Part shown: piece by piece, positions 1 to 14,100 of the stretch
Position numbering within the stretch: the first letter of the stretch is position 1
Layout: each line of letters begins with the position of its first letter
NCBI RefSeq assembly: GCF_001194135.2
Contig: NC_068983.1
Span: forward strand, 29,975,511 to 30,039,510
Length of the DNA: 64,000 bases
DNA from: Octopus bimaculoides
Lineage: Eukaryota
Reading direction: 5' to 3'
Notes under the pieces: model-generated
The model's database searches: none
What the model saw: the letters and a program-made list of their open reading frames with translations, nothing else
What the model was told of the DNA's origin: nothing
Position numbers and translations under genes: made by a program

Positions 1-121
1 ACATTGTGGTTAAGCATCCAGTTACACTTGGAATATCCAATGAGGTTCAAAACAACCAAACAATCCCAATGGCGAAACGTACGTAGGCAACAAATATAAG
101 CGTTGTCTTTATCATAAGTTC

Positions 122-168
122 ACACACATACACATATATACACACACATATACATACATACGCACACG

Positions 169-227
<59 letters not shown>
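122..227. repeat. (CA)n/(TA)n microsatellite
   Basis: Directly visible. Confidence 0.95.
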
Positions 228-230
<3 letters not shown>

Positions 231-2113
231 GGATGCAACAGTGCGTCTACCTGAAAGTTAACATCACACGCATCTTGAGGTACACGCAATCTCTTGCACT
301 ATTCTACAATGATCATGTCATTCTTTTGAACGAACAGCTGGAATATTCCCTAATCGTGGAAACAAACAGAAATCCATTTACTTGCTTTTAAAATATAACT
401 ATCAAACCTAGATTTTAATACCACACCTACTACTACTACTACCAACAAAAAAAGTGGAGAGAAGGTGAGCAAAATTAAAATAAAATAATAGAACACGTGT
501 GAAAGATTATAGTTCACGTAATGCAGGTTTAATTATGAGTAATTGCCCAGTTTCCAAATTGATTTGGAAGACATGAAGAATAATTACAGAAAGATGTGAG
601 GTGAAAGCGAGGCTTTAGTATTAATTCCCATCAGGCTACACTATAACAATGACAAGACCCAGGCAGCTGAGCTTGTTTATGTGGTAAGTCTCTGAAAATC
701 CTTGTTTTCTTAGTGTTGACGCCTAAAACAAAACAAAAGAGAGGGAAATAGATTGGGGGGGAAAAAATACAGCAACCATGTTTAGAAATGATGACGTCAT
801 TTAATCTGCATAATGGCATTTTAAATACTGTAAACTTGACAAAGCTTTAGGTATAGAGAAGATACATAGTTTTAAGTGTTGTAGCGATGGTGGTAGAGTG
901 GAAGACAAGTAATTGGTTCTTTTATACACATGTTGAACTTTTGGCAGTACCATTTCTGCAGGAGACAAAGCAAAAAAAAAAAAAACAAAAAAAAAACACC
1001 GAATACATTTAATTTTCACGGTTGAATCTATTAAGGAAAGAAAATTTTTTAATAGTAATGTTGAATACTAGGAGTTTATTGTTAATTTGAGAGTTATTAA
1101 AGCTTTGTAGTAAGCTAACGTTCTAAGAAATAATAAACATGGATTTGTATTTGTTAATAAAGTCGAATAGTTTTTTAAAAGTGTCTTCTGCTGTTTTTTC
1201 TCTTCGAAATTGTCTTAATTGAAAGATTGATAGAATTAATTGCTTCCTATTTTTCGCACAGCCGTCAGAGTTCTGTATGCAGACATTCTAGATATATATA
1301 TAAAAACATCAATGTTTGATTTAACTCGAAGAGAAAGGATTATGGTACTTCGGTTTTTGTTATTGTTAACAAACATTGTCGTATGTTAAATATCGCCATG
1401 TGGTACCTAAACCAAGTGAATATATGGAAGATTGTTAACATTATTTTTATGTTTGAACGATTATTGTTAATCTGTTTAATTTCCTGAGAAGTTATTAAAA
1501 CCTCAGTTTAGGTTACATATAATTTCTAAGGGGAAATGTTTATAGTATAAATAAGAGTTATAAAACAATTGCGCAGAAAGTAGCAGCGTGTAGTATTTTT
1601 AAAGTAGCAGTAATTTTAGTCGTAAAGTTAGAATGCTTCACTGTTGACATATATGTTGAACAGACGTGTAATTAATTTTTTGGTGAGGAAGCTAACATTT
1701 GTATTCATTTGCATGCACTTTGTTTTATTATACGAGATAATTTTTTTAAATACTCTATTTCGATAAAGTACTGCATCATTTAGAAACCGTACCCTACTAT
1801 GTATTGCAAAGTTTATTTTCAGCTTGTTTGTTGGCACCTTAAAGCTTTGTCATTATTGTGTCAGAAACATGGGGTGGTTGTCAATTTCCTGTTTCCGAAA
1901 ATCTGAATCGGTTCCATTGGAAATTAATTTGGTTTTATCCCAAACTTATTGCATGCACATAAGTAACCTCCTCTTATTGTAGAATCTGTTTTAGTTAAAA
2001 GTGAATATCAGGTTTTTTTTTTTCTTAATTTTTACTTAGCAAAGAATTTCCAAAATTTATTTCCTTATTGCTATTCTCTCTCCCTTTAAATTTACTATAA
2101 ACTAGTTCTTGGT

Positions 2114-2146
<33 letters not shown>

Positions 2147-2599
2147 GTGTGTGTGTGAGAGAGAGAGAGAGAGAGCATAGGAATAATTAGTATCAATAAT
2201 ATAGATTTTAACTTTTCGATTCTTATTTAATTTGATGTTAAAAAAATGTTTTCTTGTAATTTGAGTTAGTACATGTTTTTATTCTGCACAATATACTTGT
2301 ATATATTTTTGTTATTGAATATTTGTGTATTGCAATATTATCTAAAACATAGTTTCCGTACAACTTTTATACCAATTAATCTTTTTAGTAGTTTTGCATA
2401 ATTTCTTTTAAAACAATTATATTGATGTACATGCGTCATGTAGTTGCTGCTCTACATTAATGAGTTTTTATTCTTTAATTTTCAACCAGTATAATTAGGG
2501 CGTTGTATCTAGAAGGCTTTCCGACAAATTCAGTCTACTAGTCTCCTCTTTTATAGCCAAATATCATAATATTCTCTTGTTTTCATGTTTTGTTGACTT

Positions 2600-2670
2600 T
2601 TTCCTTCTGCAGGCCGCCATGTTTACTTTCCGGTGTTAAGTTTGTCACGTGACTGTCTATAACGACGCAC
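2600..2670. promoter_or_regulatory. Probable housekeeping promoter upstream of KDM1B
   Basis: Local CpG cluster with a YY1-type GCCGCCATGTTT (2613-2624), an ETS-type TTCCGG (2628-2633) and the palindromic E-box GTCACGTGAC (2644-2653). TSS not determined. Confidence 0.6.
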
Positions 2671-3249
2671 TTTGTTCATTTTGTTATTATTTTCCTTCAC
2701 TTACATATTTAATACCTCGACCCTACATTATATTGTGGAATGACACTATTTTATGTTTCAGTTTAATGAGGAATCTGTGTTAATTACTTTTTAAAATAAT
2801 TGTAATGATTATGAGTATTATTGTTCCTTTATTCGCTCCTGCATACAATAAAACTTCAGGACATGGGGATTACAAGAGAAAGTTATTTAAAAACGAGGGG
2901 ATTGTAGAAGGACGTTAGACAATGGACGTATTACAAATTTGATAAATACAATTTAAACATAGGTTTATCAGAAATGCAATAATTAAAACTGGACAACATT
3001 AGTGAAGAGTTGTAGTGCACCAGAGCACTGTATACTCAGCTTTTTATTAATTAAAAAAAAAATGCATTTAGAGTAACACACCCACACACAAATGAGAACA
3101 TTTTAAGTAGGTTGGGTCAGGTATCTCGCAAATCTGCTTGCTCACCATTCATATTGTTACGGAGTTGACCAAAAATATATCTAAGCATTTCTTTAGTGGG
3201 TTTCATTCCTGAAATTCTCCACAAGGTATTTTATTCATTCTTGAGTGGT

Positions 3250-3880
3250 TTTGACCAAACCTTATTTTTGGGTGCTCCTAGTTTTCATTTCCCGACCACT
3301 GTTCACACTAATTCGTTGGTTATCTTATGAGTCCCAGAGGGCATGCGTTTCCTGCAGTCTCTTGGTAGCTTTCTGTCAGAGCTGGATTTCTCCTCCCATT
3401 ATGGACTACCAGTTCCCCTCAGTCTCTATATGGGTCCCCGTCCTCATAAGTGAATAGAATGGTACTGCTGGGTGGGGTGAACTTTGATATGATATGAACT
3501 GAATCTGGATCAATCTCTTATTTCCAGAGCATTGAACAATAACATTGGGAAAGGGCAGCCTCTAAAATCTTTGTTTCTGCACTGATGATGGACACAACTC
3601 TGGAATGGCCTTGAGGTTTTGAAGGCTCACAAGGACTTGCAAATCCATGCTGACCTTCCTGACCATACATCATTCCTTGTTACCTTAGCACCAACCTGTA
3701 CTGCAATACATAAAAAAGAGAACAAACCAAAGGTCAATGTCATTGCTAATGCCCTCGACTATCACCTTGAAGTTAAGTTGACTCGTAAATTGGAGTGTGA
3801 GCCTGTAGGTCTATGTTTTATGCACTATGCCCACTTGATGTAGAGCATCACCCTCTGTCCTGAAGGTCAAGTAAATAGTA
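3250..3880 (-). mobile_element. Highly degenerate LINE reverse transcriptase fragment
   Basis: Minus strand RGCPFPMLLFNALE, resembling the QGC.LSP.LFN motif. Confidence 0.4.
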
Positions 3881-4559
3881 CCATAATTGATCTTTTTAGA
3901 TCATAAAGAATCTCTCTATGAACCAAATGTAGATCAGTTTTTTTATCCCCATGTATGTTCTCAAATGAATCAACAAGTTCTTTTGAACTGCTGCCAAACT
4001 AATTTCCAAAACTACCGTCAATGCATTTAGTAAAAACTTATTGCTCCTTCTTTCTGCAAATTGATTTTATTTGGTGTCTTCAGAAATGTTTTACTGTTTT
4101 TTGAAGGGTGTTACCCACTTGTTTTGCTACCATTGTGTTGGGTATAGAAAACTATTGAATGCAAAATGTTCAAAACGTTTTTTTCTATCAAAACTTGGCA
4201 AAAATAATTAAGCAAACTACCACTATGCCTTATAAAACAAGTCCACATGACACTGAAAAGAAATATTTAATTCCTTTAAAAAAATGTGGTAATTACTAAG
4301 AGAGAAATGAAAGGAAACATATTTGTTCTTACACTGATACAAGATTACAGATTTGAGGAGAAAGGGTACTTTATTATATTGAACTTGGAAGATTACCCCC
4401 TAAAAAAATACTTTCAATATTAAGAGGGCTCCTTAGAACTGGTTGATAACTTCTCTTATCTAGTTAGTAATAGTGGAATGTTCTAAAAGCATAGCAACCA
4501 GAGTAAGACTGAGGTAGAAAAGTTCAAGTAACTTTTATAGAAATAAACCTTTTGTTACA

Positions 4560-5025
4560 AGCAGATGTTTGCATCAAAAGGTTTTTTCCTATGAGCAAAA
4601 GGCAGATTGTACAATGCTTGTGCACAATATGTGATGTTGCATGGTAGCAGAAGATATGCAAAGGCCAGATAGAAATGGATGTATGTTAGTGTGGGTGAGC
4701 AAGCAACAGAACACAAATGAGCTGAGAGAAAAACTGAGCATAAAAAGAATCAGATATAGAGTTCTTGAGAGAAAACTGAGCTGGTGTCGACATGTGATGC
4801 ATGTGGAGGATGACAGTTGAGTAATGATTTGCCAGGTAATCCATATGGAAGGAACCTATGAAAGTAGATCAAGGTTGGCATGAAAAGTGAAAGCTGATTT
4901 CAAGAGACTGGATCTCACAAAGAAGATGCCAAATTATTGCAACAAGTGTTGCAACTCTGTGCTAGAGAAAACCTGTCTAATACATGCAAGCATGATAAAA
5001 TAGACATAAAATAATAATAATGGTG
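4560..5025 (+). mobile_element. Degenerate RTE-clade LINE 3' end
   Basis: ELREKLSIKRIRYRVLERKLSWCRHVMHVEDDS; (TAA)n tail near 5010-5020. Confidence 0.65.
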
Positions 5026-5101
5026 AGGATATTCTTTAATTGTCTTACTGAGAATAAGGATTACTTAAAATTATTTTACTATTTCTATTGACAGAGTGAA
5101 G

Positions 5102-5163
5102 ATGACCAGTGTTCAGGCTGTCCAGTCAAATAAAACATCACAAGACACTTCAACATCATCCAG
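5102..5163 (+). CDS. KDM1B: KDM1B coding exon 1 (putative start; exon begins 5095)
   Basis: Acceptor ttctattgacag at 5094, ATG at 5102, MTSVQAVQSNKTSQDTSTSS, phase-2 donor matches the next exon. The peptide is not conserved, so the start is inferred. Confidence 0.6.
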
Positions 5164-8100
5164 GTAATAAATCAAATCATTGTTTGATACTTATTCGTAA
5201 AGAAATACAGAAATAGAGAAAGTCTGAAAAATTGTTCAATCTACTTCTAGATTTGGTATGATTCTATTATATTATTATACCTCAGTAGTTATGTTATTTG
5301 AATACTTTTTATATCAGTTTTATTTTATGTTACTGGTAATGCAATTTATTTTCACAAGGATTATACAGATTAATTGAAGTCATGTTTGCTTGTAATGTAT
5401 GTAAAAGCTACATAAGCTGTAGAAAAAATTTTAAGAGTCAGTATTGCTTTGATTTCATGAGTAGGATGCCAATGTATTATCGCTATGTATCTCCTTTACT
5501 GCAAGATGCTTATTTTTGTCCTTCTACTCATACTCTAACCTCTCATCTAGCACTAAGCCACCTTTCTTAATACTATTACCCCCACCCCACAAGGGGTTGT
5601 CTTGTAAATTATTTGGTGACATTACTGCTGCTGACACCACATAAAAAGTACCCAGCACATTCTGTGGTTGGCATTAAGAAGGGTATCCAGCTGTAGAAAC
5701 CATACCAAAGCAGACAAGTAAAGCTTGGTGGAGTGCTCTGACTTGCCAACTCCTGTCAAACCATCCAACCCTTGCTAGCATGATGATGATGATGATTCAG
5801 AGATTTTTTGGTATCTATCCTTGACAGCTATTTGAACTGAGGTAATTTGGATTATAATGTTCTGCCTGGAAATAACAGCAAAAACGCCTGCATGAAGCTC
5901 ACGAGAGAGCCGTTATGAAGAGCATTCATTAAAGATTTCCCCTGAGCCACTTCCGGTTATTGCAGGAAATATAATTTGTATAAGTATAATCACACATGTC
6001 TCTACAAGTTACATTGTAAATTGCAGCTTTCCACTAGTATTTGTTTGTCTTTTAAGGTTGCTGAAGTGGACTAAGGTGTTATAATGGAGGCGGTTGAATG
6101 CAGATCAGTGATCAGGTTCTTATACTTGAAAAGAGTACACGAAAAGAGACTTTCAATGAGATGAAAGAAGTTTATGGTGACGATACTCCATCATATGCCG
6201 TAGACAAGCACTGGTATCGCCAGTTCAAATGTGGTGAGACATTGGTGGAAACTGCTCCTATCCCTGGATGACCACATTCCACCATTGATGATGGCACCAT
6301 CCATAAAGCGGAAGTCACTATTTGGCAACTAGCCCAAGAATGAAGATAAGTGTAGGGTCCATGGAAAAAATCATTCACGATCATTTGTACATGCGGAGGC
6401 ATTCTGCATGATGGATTCCTTGGATGCTTACACCTTTTCAGAAGCAGAAATGAGTCAATTGCTTCCAGGCTCTTTTAGCAAAGTGCCAAGAAAATGGGGA
6501 CATTACACAATAGTGATAAATGAGTGTCACTGCCAATCTTCTGTGTAAACCTGTTTGGTCATGGAGGAATATTACCTTACTTCGAAACAGGTGAGAGTCG
6601 GCAAAGGAAAGGGCATATGACTGTAGAAAATCTGCCTCAACAAATTCCATCTGTGCTATGTGAGCATGGAAAAGTGAACATTAAAACAATGATGATGATA
6701 CATTTGTAGTAAATGACCCAAATCATCTGTTTAGCAGTGTGTAAGGTTAGGACCTTATTTGAAAAAATTATTTGGTTAAAGGTTTATCTGATTTTGAATT
6801 CTTTATCTCTTGACAGATGTTCTGCCCGTGGAATTAAAAGAAAGTCATTCTTTGATGAAACATGGGATGTAAGTGGCACTGGTAAGAAACCTGTGCGAGC
6901 ATGCGAAAGATCTGGTTGTCCGGCAACAATCCCCATATGTTTTGCTAATTCCACTGAGAGGTATGGCATTTTCTTTATAGTCTTAATATATTTTGGAGTT
7001 TGTGTCTTTTATCTAATTACTAAATTATACAATTACTAAATTATACCAGATAGTTCAGATGGCTGTAAGTTTTGAATGAAATAATTTTTGAAAGCTAGAT
7101 GCATGTCAGTGGGTACAAAAGTCACACATGTAAAGGGCTCACAAATCTATTGAATGTAGCATTGAAGAATATTCTATTTTGTATGGAGGAGTTTTTTGAA
7201 ATCGCAGGCAGCTGGTTGGTGTGCATTCCTAATACAAAAAGTCATTTAGTTGAACTGGTATTTGATTTTATCATGACTATTGAAAGTTACGGTTAAGTCA
7301 ATTTAGATGGAGCTGGTAGACTTACATGGTAGATGTGATCCATTGCCTTGTTTAATACCACCACCACCTGATACTTGAGTGCCTTAAGTGGAGTCTGTCC
7401 TGTTGTAAACATTGTTATTGGATCTCTGGTTTAAAAATTCTTTCTTTTACCAATACCAGAAGCCCTGCAAAAGGTCATGGGCATTGCCCTTCATTCTGTG
7501 GCTTTGGCATTAAAAATGCAGAACTAAAAATATTATCAGTCTTGGTACATTTATCAGTTTCTTTATTCCATAATTCATTTGCATTTGTTTTCCACACAAG
7601 TTATTGAAAATAAACAGTTATACATTAATGCTTAATTTTACTGAAGAAATTTATAAATTCTGTCTCTGCTATGAACTTGTTTAAATATAAACAATTTAGA
7701 AAAAGTGTAATTGTGAATTACCTTTTTTGTAGATGTGTTGGCAGTGGTTATACTTCTCGTTGGCATCATATATCAGCTGGAGAGCATTTTTGTAATGAAT
7801 GCTTTGAATATTTCTACAGAAGGTAAGTTGTATTCTCTTCTATAAAATGTTTAAGAATTTCACTCGGAATCTTAGTTAATGATTCACTGATAGATAAATG
7901 TCTGATGTCTTATCTCTTTTTTAATCTACTCTCTATGTTCCTCTCAGTAGCAACATTACAAAGAAAGTCAATTTCTCAAAGCTTCTTACTTCTTGAGCTA
8001 TCACAAATTTGTTCCAGTAGAGTTGAAATTGGTTCATGAACCACTAAACTACTCTGTCAAGCTTTCAACTTAATTAATACCCTTACTGCATATTGGAATC

Positions 8101-11100
8101 ATAGTCAAAGAATCACTTGATTGATAAATGACTATCAATATTGTCTTTCTTTGCTACTGTACTTGCCACATATGTCTTAATAACTACGAAGAAAGTAAAT
8201 GTCTCGGTGTTTTTACTTGCATTAGCTGTTGTTTGTATTTCAGTCATAAACTTGGTTATGAAACATTCTGTAAATGGAAGAGTGAATGGTCATCAAAAGC
8301 CAAGATGGAAGCTTCAGTCTGTGTGTTCATGGCTGACAAATTGTTACCATTCTGGGTTCAGTGTACACGACCCGAGTGTTGCAAGTGGCGACAGCTCTCC
8401 AGAGATTTTGACTTGTATCCAGATTTTATTCGTAACTTCACCTGTGGGATGACATCAGAAGGGAAAAAGGTAATATTTTATTTCATTTGATTAATAATCC
8501 ATTATGATTTTACTCAGTAGATTTCATAATTACTTTAAGTTTATCTGTTGTTTTTACACCCACCACCCCACTCTTCCAGCCACCAGCAGTTATTTGACTA
8601 ACCTTCATCCTGCATTCATAACATCTCTCTCTCATCACCTCTCTGAAGGCATCATGTTTGTTGATATTGATACATACTACTTCTCTTGTGCAGAATCTCA
8701 ATTGTTTTTCATTTTAAGCTACACCACTTAATATCCACTCTTATTTCTCTTCCTCACTCACATTTGAAACTCCTTTGATGTCTTACTCACCTCCAATCTT
8801 CATCATTACCTATCTGTCTCTACAGCCATTTGATCACTAGCTAATCAAGGCAACAATTTCACAAAACTCCTGCCATCATTCCCTCTCTTTTTTTTTTTTA
8901 TTACCTTGGTTTGGAGGAAGATGTTGTGCACATTGTCTCAACAGGTCTTCGGAGATTAGTGAGATCAATATAGTTAATGTGCTTGAACAGTTGCATGTTG
9001 ACAGCTGCATGAAAAACATGACAAGGGAAGAATTCCAAGGTTGTGATATACTAGAAGGGAAGAAATAGGAAAGTGGTTAGTACAGGGCCTATTTGGAGAG
9101 AGAGGACAACACGGGTTTGTGAAATGAAATAACATGAGTGAGTGACATTAGACAACAAAGTAGATATAAAAGCCAGTAAGGAAACAGCACGTCTCTATAT
9201 CAGGGATTAGTATGTGCTGGTGAGGAGCTCATGCCAATCATCCAAGTAGCTTTTTTGGATGTGAATTAAAATATCAGTGTGTAGCAGTAAATAAGGGAAC
9301 AGTACTCTATTGTGGATCTCACTTGAGCTTTGTAAATGGTTAGTGGTTGTTAGGTGATGAGGGATGAAGTATTTTCTAGCACTGAAAAGAAAGCCAACAT
9401 TTGCTAAGTTGAAGAGATTCTTAGTAGTGGTGAGGCCTAGCATTTATTTCAACCTTGAGGATTATAGCCAAGTGTTTGTGTTCAGGAAGTGGGATATGAT
9501 ATTGTTTTCCTGGTTTGTGTAGTGATTGTATCTTTGTACTTTTTAAGAAAACAAGATTAGCACATCTCCATATTAGAATGTGTTTAAGTTTCCCTTCATA
9601 GAGATTGGTGTGAGATGTCTAGGCTGCATGTAGTGGGGACTTGGGCACAATAAGAGAAGTGGGAGTTTTAATTAGTTAGCAGATAGCCGGCAGAAGAGCA
9701 CCATCTCTCTTTCAACATGGAGCAGCCTCTTGGTTTTGCACACCAACTTTGCATCAGCTAGCTCTAAAATATATTTCATCTCAACTGGTAGTACCACAAA
9801 CAGCTTTTCATTTGCACACCAATTTCGTGTCTGCTAGCTCTGAATTATATCACAGCTCTTCGTTTTTCACATCGACTTTGTGCAGCTAACTCTGAATTAT
9901 ATTGGCTCTCAACTTACCACTAAATTCATGTTTCAAGTGTAACGGTTAAGTGCTTTTCCCTGACTCGCACACACACACACACACACACAGAGGCTACACA
10001 AATTTCATCTGACTTATGCACGCATGGTAAAATGGACATTAAAACAACGATGATGATGTATCTTCACATTTTTAATTTTCAGTATCCTCTAACACTAAAT
10101 AATAAAAATTCAGAGACTTGTTGTTCAACTGTTTTTTTTGCATTTTCCTTTATTTAGAAAGAAAGACAACTTGAAGCATGTGCTGTACCAGAAGATCATG
10201 TAAGTATTTTACAAAACCAGACCATNNNNNNNNNNNNNNNNNNNNNNNNNNNNNNNNNNNNNNNNNNNNNNNNNNNNNNNNNNNNNNNNNNNNNNNNNNN
10301 NNNNNNNNNNNNNNNNNNNNNNNNNNNNNNNNNNNNNNNNNNNNNNNNNNNNNNNNNNGCCAACTAAATTTCAATTCCTATGTTATAAGCATGAAAATAT
10401 AGACTTTAACCTTTTAGCATTCAGATTTCTCTGTCAAATATGAAAAAAAAAGTAAAGACCCCCTTCGGTCATGAATGACCATGGGATTGCACCTAGAAAG
10501 TTCCCCTCCAAGGCACAAGTCCAGGCAAAGTTGTTTGTGGAAGACCAGCAGTCACCCATGCATACCAGCCTCCCCTCCCTATGCCACCAATGTTATCCAA
10601 GGGAAAGGCAAAGGCCAATACAGCTTGGCACCAGTGATGTTGCAACTCATTTCTACAGCTGAGTGAACTGGAGTACTGTGAAATAAAGTGTCTTGCTCAA
10701 GAACACAGCACACAGCACCCAGCCTGGTCTGGGAATCAAACTCACTACCTCATGACTGTGAGCCCAACACTCTAACCACTGAGCCATGTGCCTTCACTAA
10801 GTCAAATATATCTAACTATATCTAATGCAAGCCAACAAGAAAGCCTAGGGCACTTTGATTTACTAGAAGTAACTGCCAATTCCCTCAAATCATTCTTTCT
10901 TACATTAGGAAGGATTCATTGAACAATGTTGTTCTAAACAAACAAAAATGTGAGAAGTTCAAGGCTTGCTCAGTCATGGCTGATCTGGAGCTCAACAGCC
11001 AGAACAATAACATCTTAACATATTCCCCTCATTTTGAAAGATATTTTGTGTGCAAAGTGTACAATTCTACTTATATTAAACAATTCTATTGAAACTATTC

Positions 11101-14100
11101 AAAACCTGTATGTCAAAAAGATCATTTCTTGTATTGCCAAATAAATATATTGTAAATTTTATTTAAAATCATCTTCCTATTAGATTGTCTTGGTTATCTT
11201 CTATTCTAGAGAGTAGAAATGTGTCGCTCTCCTTGGTGGTTTAGCCAGCTGACAGCCAGTGTAGGGCTGAAGATGTCACCATCATTACACTTCCTATCAG
11301 ATTATTCTTCAGATGCCATAGGACATTGTCCTTTGGATGTAACTTACCTTCAGCCGGAAAATACATCAACCAAAACAAAAGGTCAGTAGTTTGATTTGAA
11401 TTTATTTGATTAAATTTATTTGATGTTATATCATCATCATCATCATAACATCCACTTTTTCTTACCTGCATGGGCAGGACAGATTTTATTGGGGCAAATT
11501 TTCTAAGTCCAAATACTCATCCTGGCACCAGATCTTACCTGCTTCCAAGTAAGGTTATCTTTTCCCCTGATTAGACATATTTTCATAGAATACTGGAAAT
11601 GAAAGGCATTCATTTACGGCAATCACGCGATGTCAAGGAGACACAAACACTTACACACATGCACACACACATGCACACACATGCACACACATACACACTC
11701 AATTGGTTTCTTTCAGTTCCCATCTATCAAATCCACTCACAAGGCTTTGGTTGGTCTGGGGCTATAGTAGAAGACACTTGCCCTAGGTGCCATGCAGTGG
11801 TAACAAGCCCCCAAAACCATGTGGTTGGGAAGCAAACTTTATAATCACACAGCCATGCCTACATCTTGGAGATGTTATAAAATGAGAATGTTTCAGATTA
11901 TAAACACCGTCCTTAGAGAGGAAACCTTTTTATGTCTTTCGATATAACATCTCTCATTTTAAAGTGTTCAGATTTTAATTAGTACCTTCCATTGTAATTT
12001 TACATAAGCTCTTTTTGGGATGTTATGTTTCTAACATCATCGTCATTGTCGATATCCTGTTTGCTTTTTCCATATTGGCATGGTTTTAATGACACTTCTT
12101 GAGGCAGTATCCTTTGACTGGATAACCTTTTTAGTTGTTTTTCAAGTGAGATATTTTTTCCATTGGTCTTCTAGTCAAAACTGCCATGCTATAGAACATT
12201 GTTTACAGATGTAAACAATAATGTCACCATCACCAACAAAGTATCAATGCAAAAGACATAGGGATATAAGCATTCATGCACACACACACAAAACAAGTTT
12301 CCATATGGCTTTTGTCCACTAATTTCACTCACAAGCCATTGGTCAGTCTGAGGCTATAACAGCAGATAGGCACTTGCAATCTCTTTTACAATTTTCCTCA
12401 TTTAACCAATCAGACAGCAGGAGAATGTTTGTAAATATGATGATCATGATGGTACTTAACACCAAGTCTTTTTTTTCTTTTTTGTTTTCATATTGTTTAG
12501 CACTGTGGTGAAAGCACATGGCTTAGTGATTAGGGTAATTGGCTCATGATTGTAAGGTCATGAGTTCGATTGCTAGCAGAATGCTGTGTCCTTGAGTAAG
12601 ACACTTTATTTCACATTGCTCCAGTCCACTCAGGTGGCAAAAATGAGTTGTACCTGTAATTCAAAGGGCCAGCTTTGTCACATTCTGTGTTATGCTGAAT
12701 CACTCTAAGAACTATGTTAAGAGCACACGTGTCTGTGGAGTGCTCAGCCACTTTTACAAAAATTTCACGAGCAGGCTGTTCCGTTGATTAGATCAACTGG
12801 AACCCTCGTCATCACAACTGATGGAGTGCCAGTTTTTTTAGCACTGTGTCAAAACTGCTTGAGTGGATATGTTTCTCATATTACTGTATGTCCCCATGTC
12901 AAGCTTGAATGAACATACTAATGTTACAAGATTCAGTGAAAATTGATTGTTTTTTCCCCCCCTCTTTTTAATTCTTATCTGATCTATTTCAGTATGGGAG
13001 ATGTTTCGGCAACCATTCAGTCACAGCCATGAAACGGATACAGCTGGAACTGTTAAAGCAGATGAAATGAGTGAATCAGAATGCAATTACTTTCCGCATT
13101 TAGCCAGAGAACCAAAAATCTTCCTCAGTCTACGCAATCTCATTATAAGTTTATGGAATCTTAGCATAAAGGTAATCTTTCTTCATAATTTTCTTGCATT
13201 TTTCTTAAAGTTTGCATTAATACAAAACCTCAAATTTAGAGAAGAGGTAAACATTGAGAAGTTTCTATGCTTATATCATTCATAAGGATAATATAGACCT
13301 AGGTAGAGTGAAACCAAATGAAGTTAAAAACTTGAAAACTTTATGGTGAGAGGTTTGATCAAAAAGTATTGGGACTGGTGCTGTAAAAAGAAAACTACAA
13401 CACATATCAATTCGGTATTTAATTTCCTTCGAAGTAGTCCCCTTCTGAAACCACACACTTTATCCAACGTCATTTCCATTGATGGAAGCATTCCTGAATC
13501 TTCTTTTTGGGGATAGCATGCCGCTGCCTCTTTGCATTCTCTTGGGTTTCCTCAACATCTTAAAATCTTGTTTCTCTCGAGTGGGATTTGATTTTTGGAA
13601 AGATTCTTAGCTCTAATAATCTTCGAACCCTCTCTCTTTCCATGCACACACACACACACACACATGCACATTTTCTCTGCCATGGTCACTGATGGAACCT
13701 CTGGTGTGGTGAGACGTCCACATTCTACACACTTTGCTTCCAAGTACTGCTATAAACAGCAGAAGTAAGCAAGAATGTTATAACTTAGTGTACATACACA
13801 ATAGTGTTCAAGCCCATTCTGTGCTGAGCGGTTTCACTCTAGAGAACTTTAGCTCTGTAACCATAGTAACAGTTCTGATACTTTTTGATCAGATCTCGTA
13901 TTTTACAGTGCATTCTTCAAATTCAGGTCTTGTCTCTCTTCTTCACGCTATGCGTCTCTCCACTTTGAACCACATCTCTCTTCTTTGCACTGTACCGCTT
14001 CCTTACATCTCTCTCCTTTGTCACACCTCCCTCCTTCACACCATACCTCCCTCTGTTATCCCATGTCTCATTCATACTACGATGTCCTAATTCTATTTAG

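Noticed and set aside
635-683. + strand 49-nt exon-like segment (cag|...GTG|gtaagt), and similar ones at 1262 and about 1822
   Set aside because: Peptides are unrecognisable and do not join into a convincing model.
2564-2626. ORFs from the ATG in GCCGCCATG (+: MFTFRC*; -: MAACRRKKSTKHENKRIL*)
   Set aside because: Both stop quickly; the sequence is better explained as a YY1 motif.
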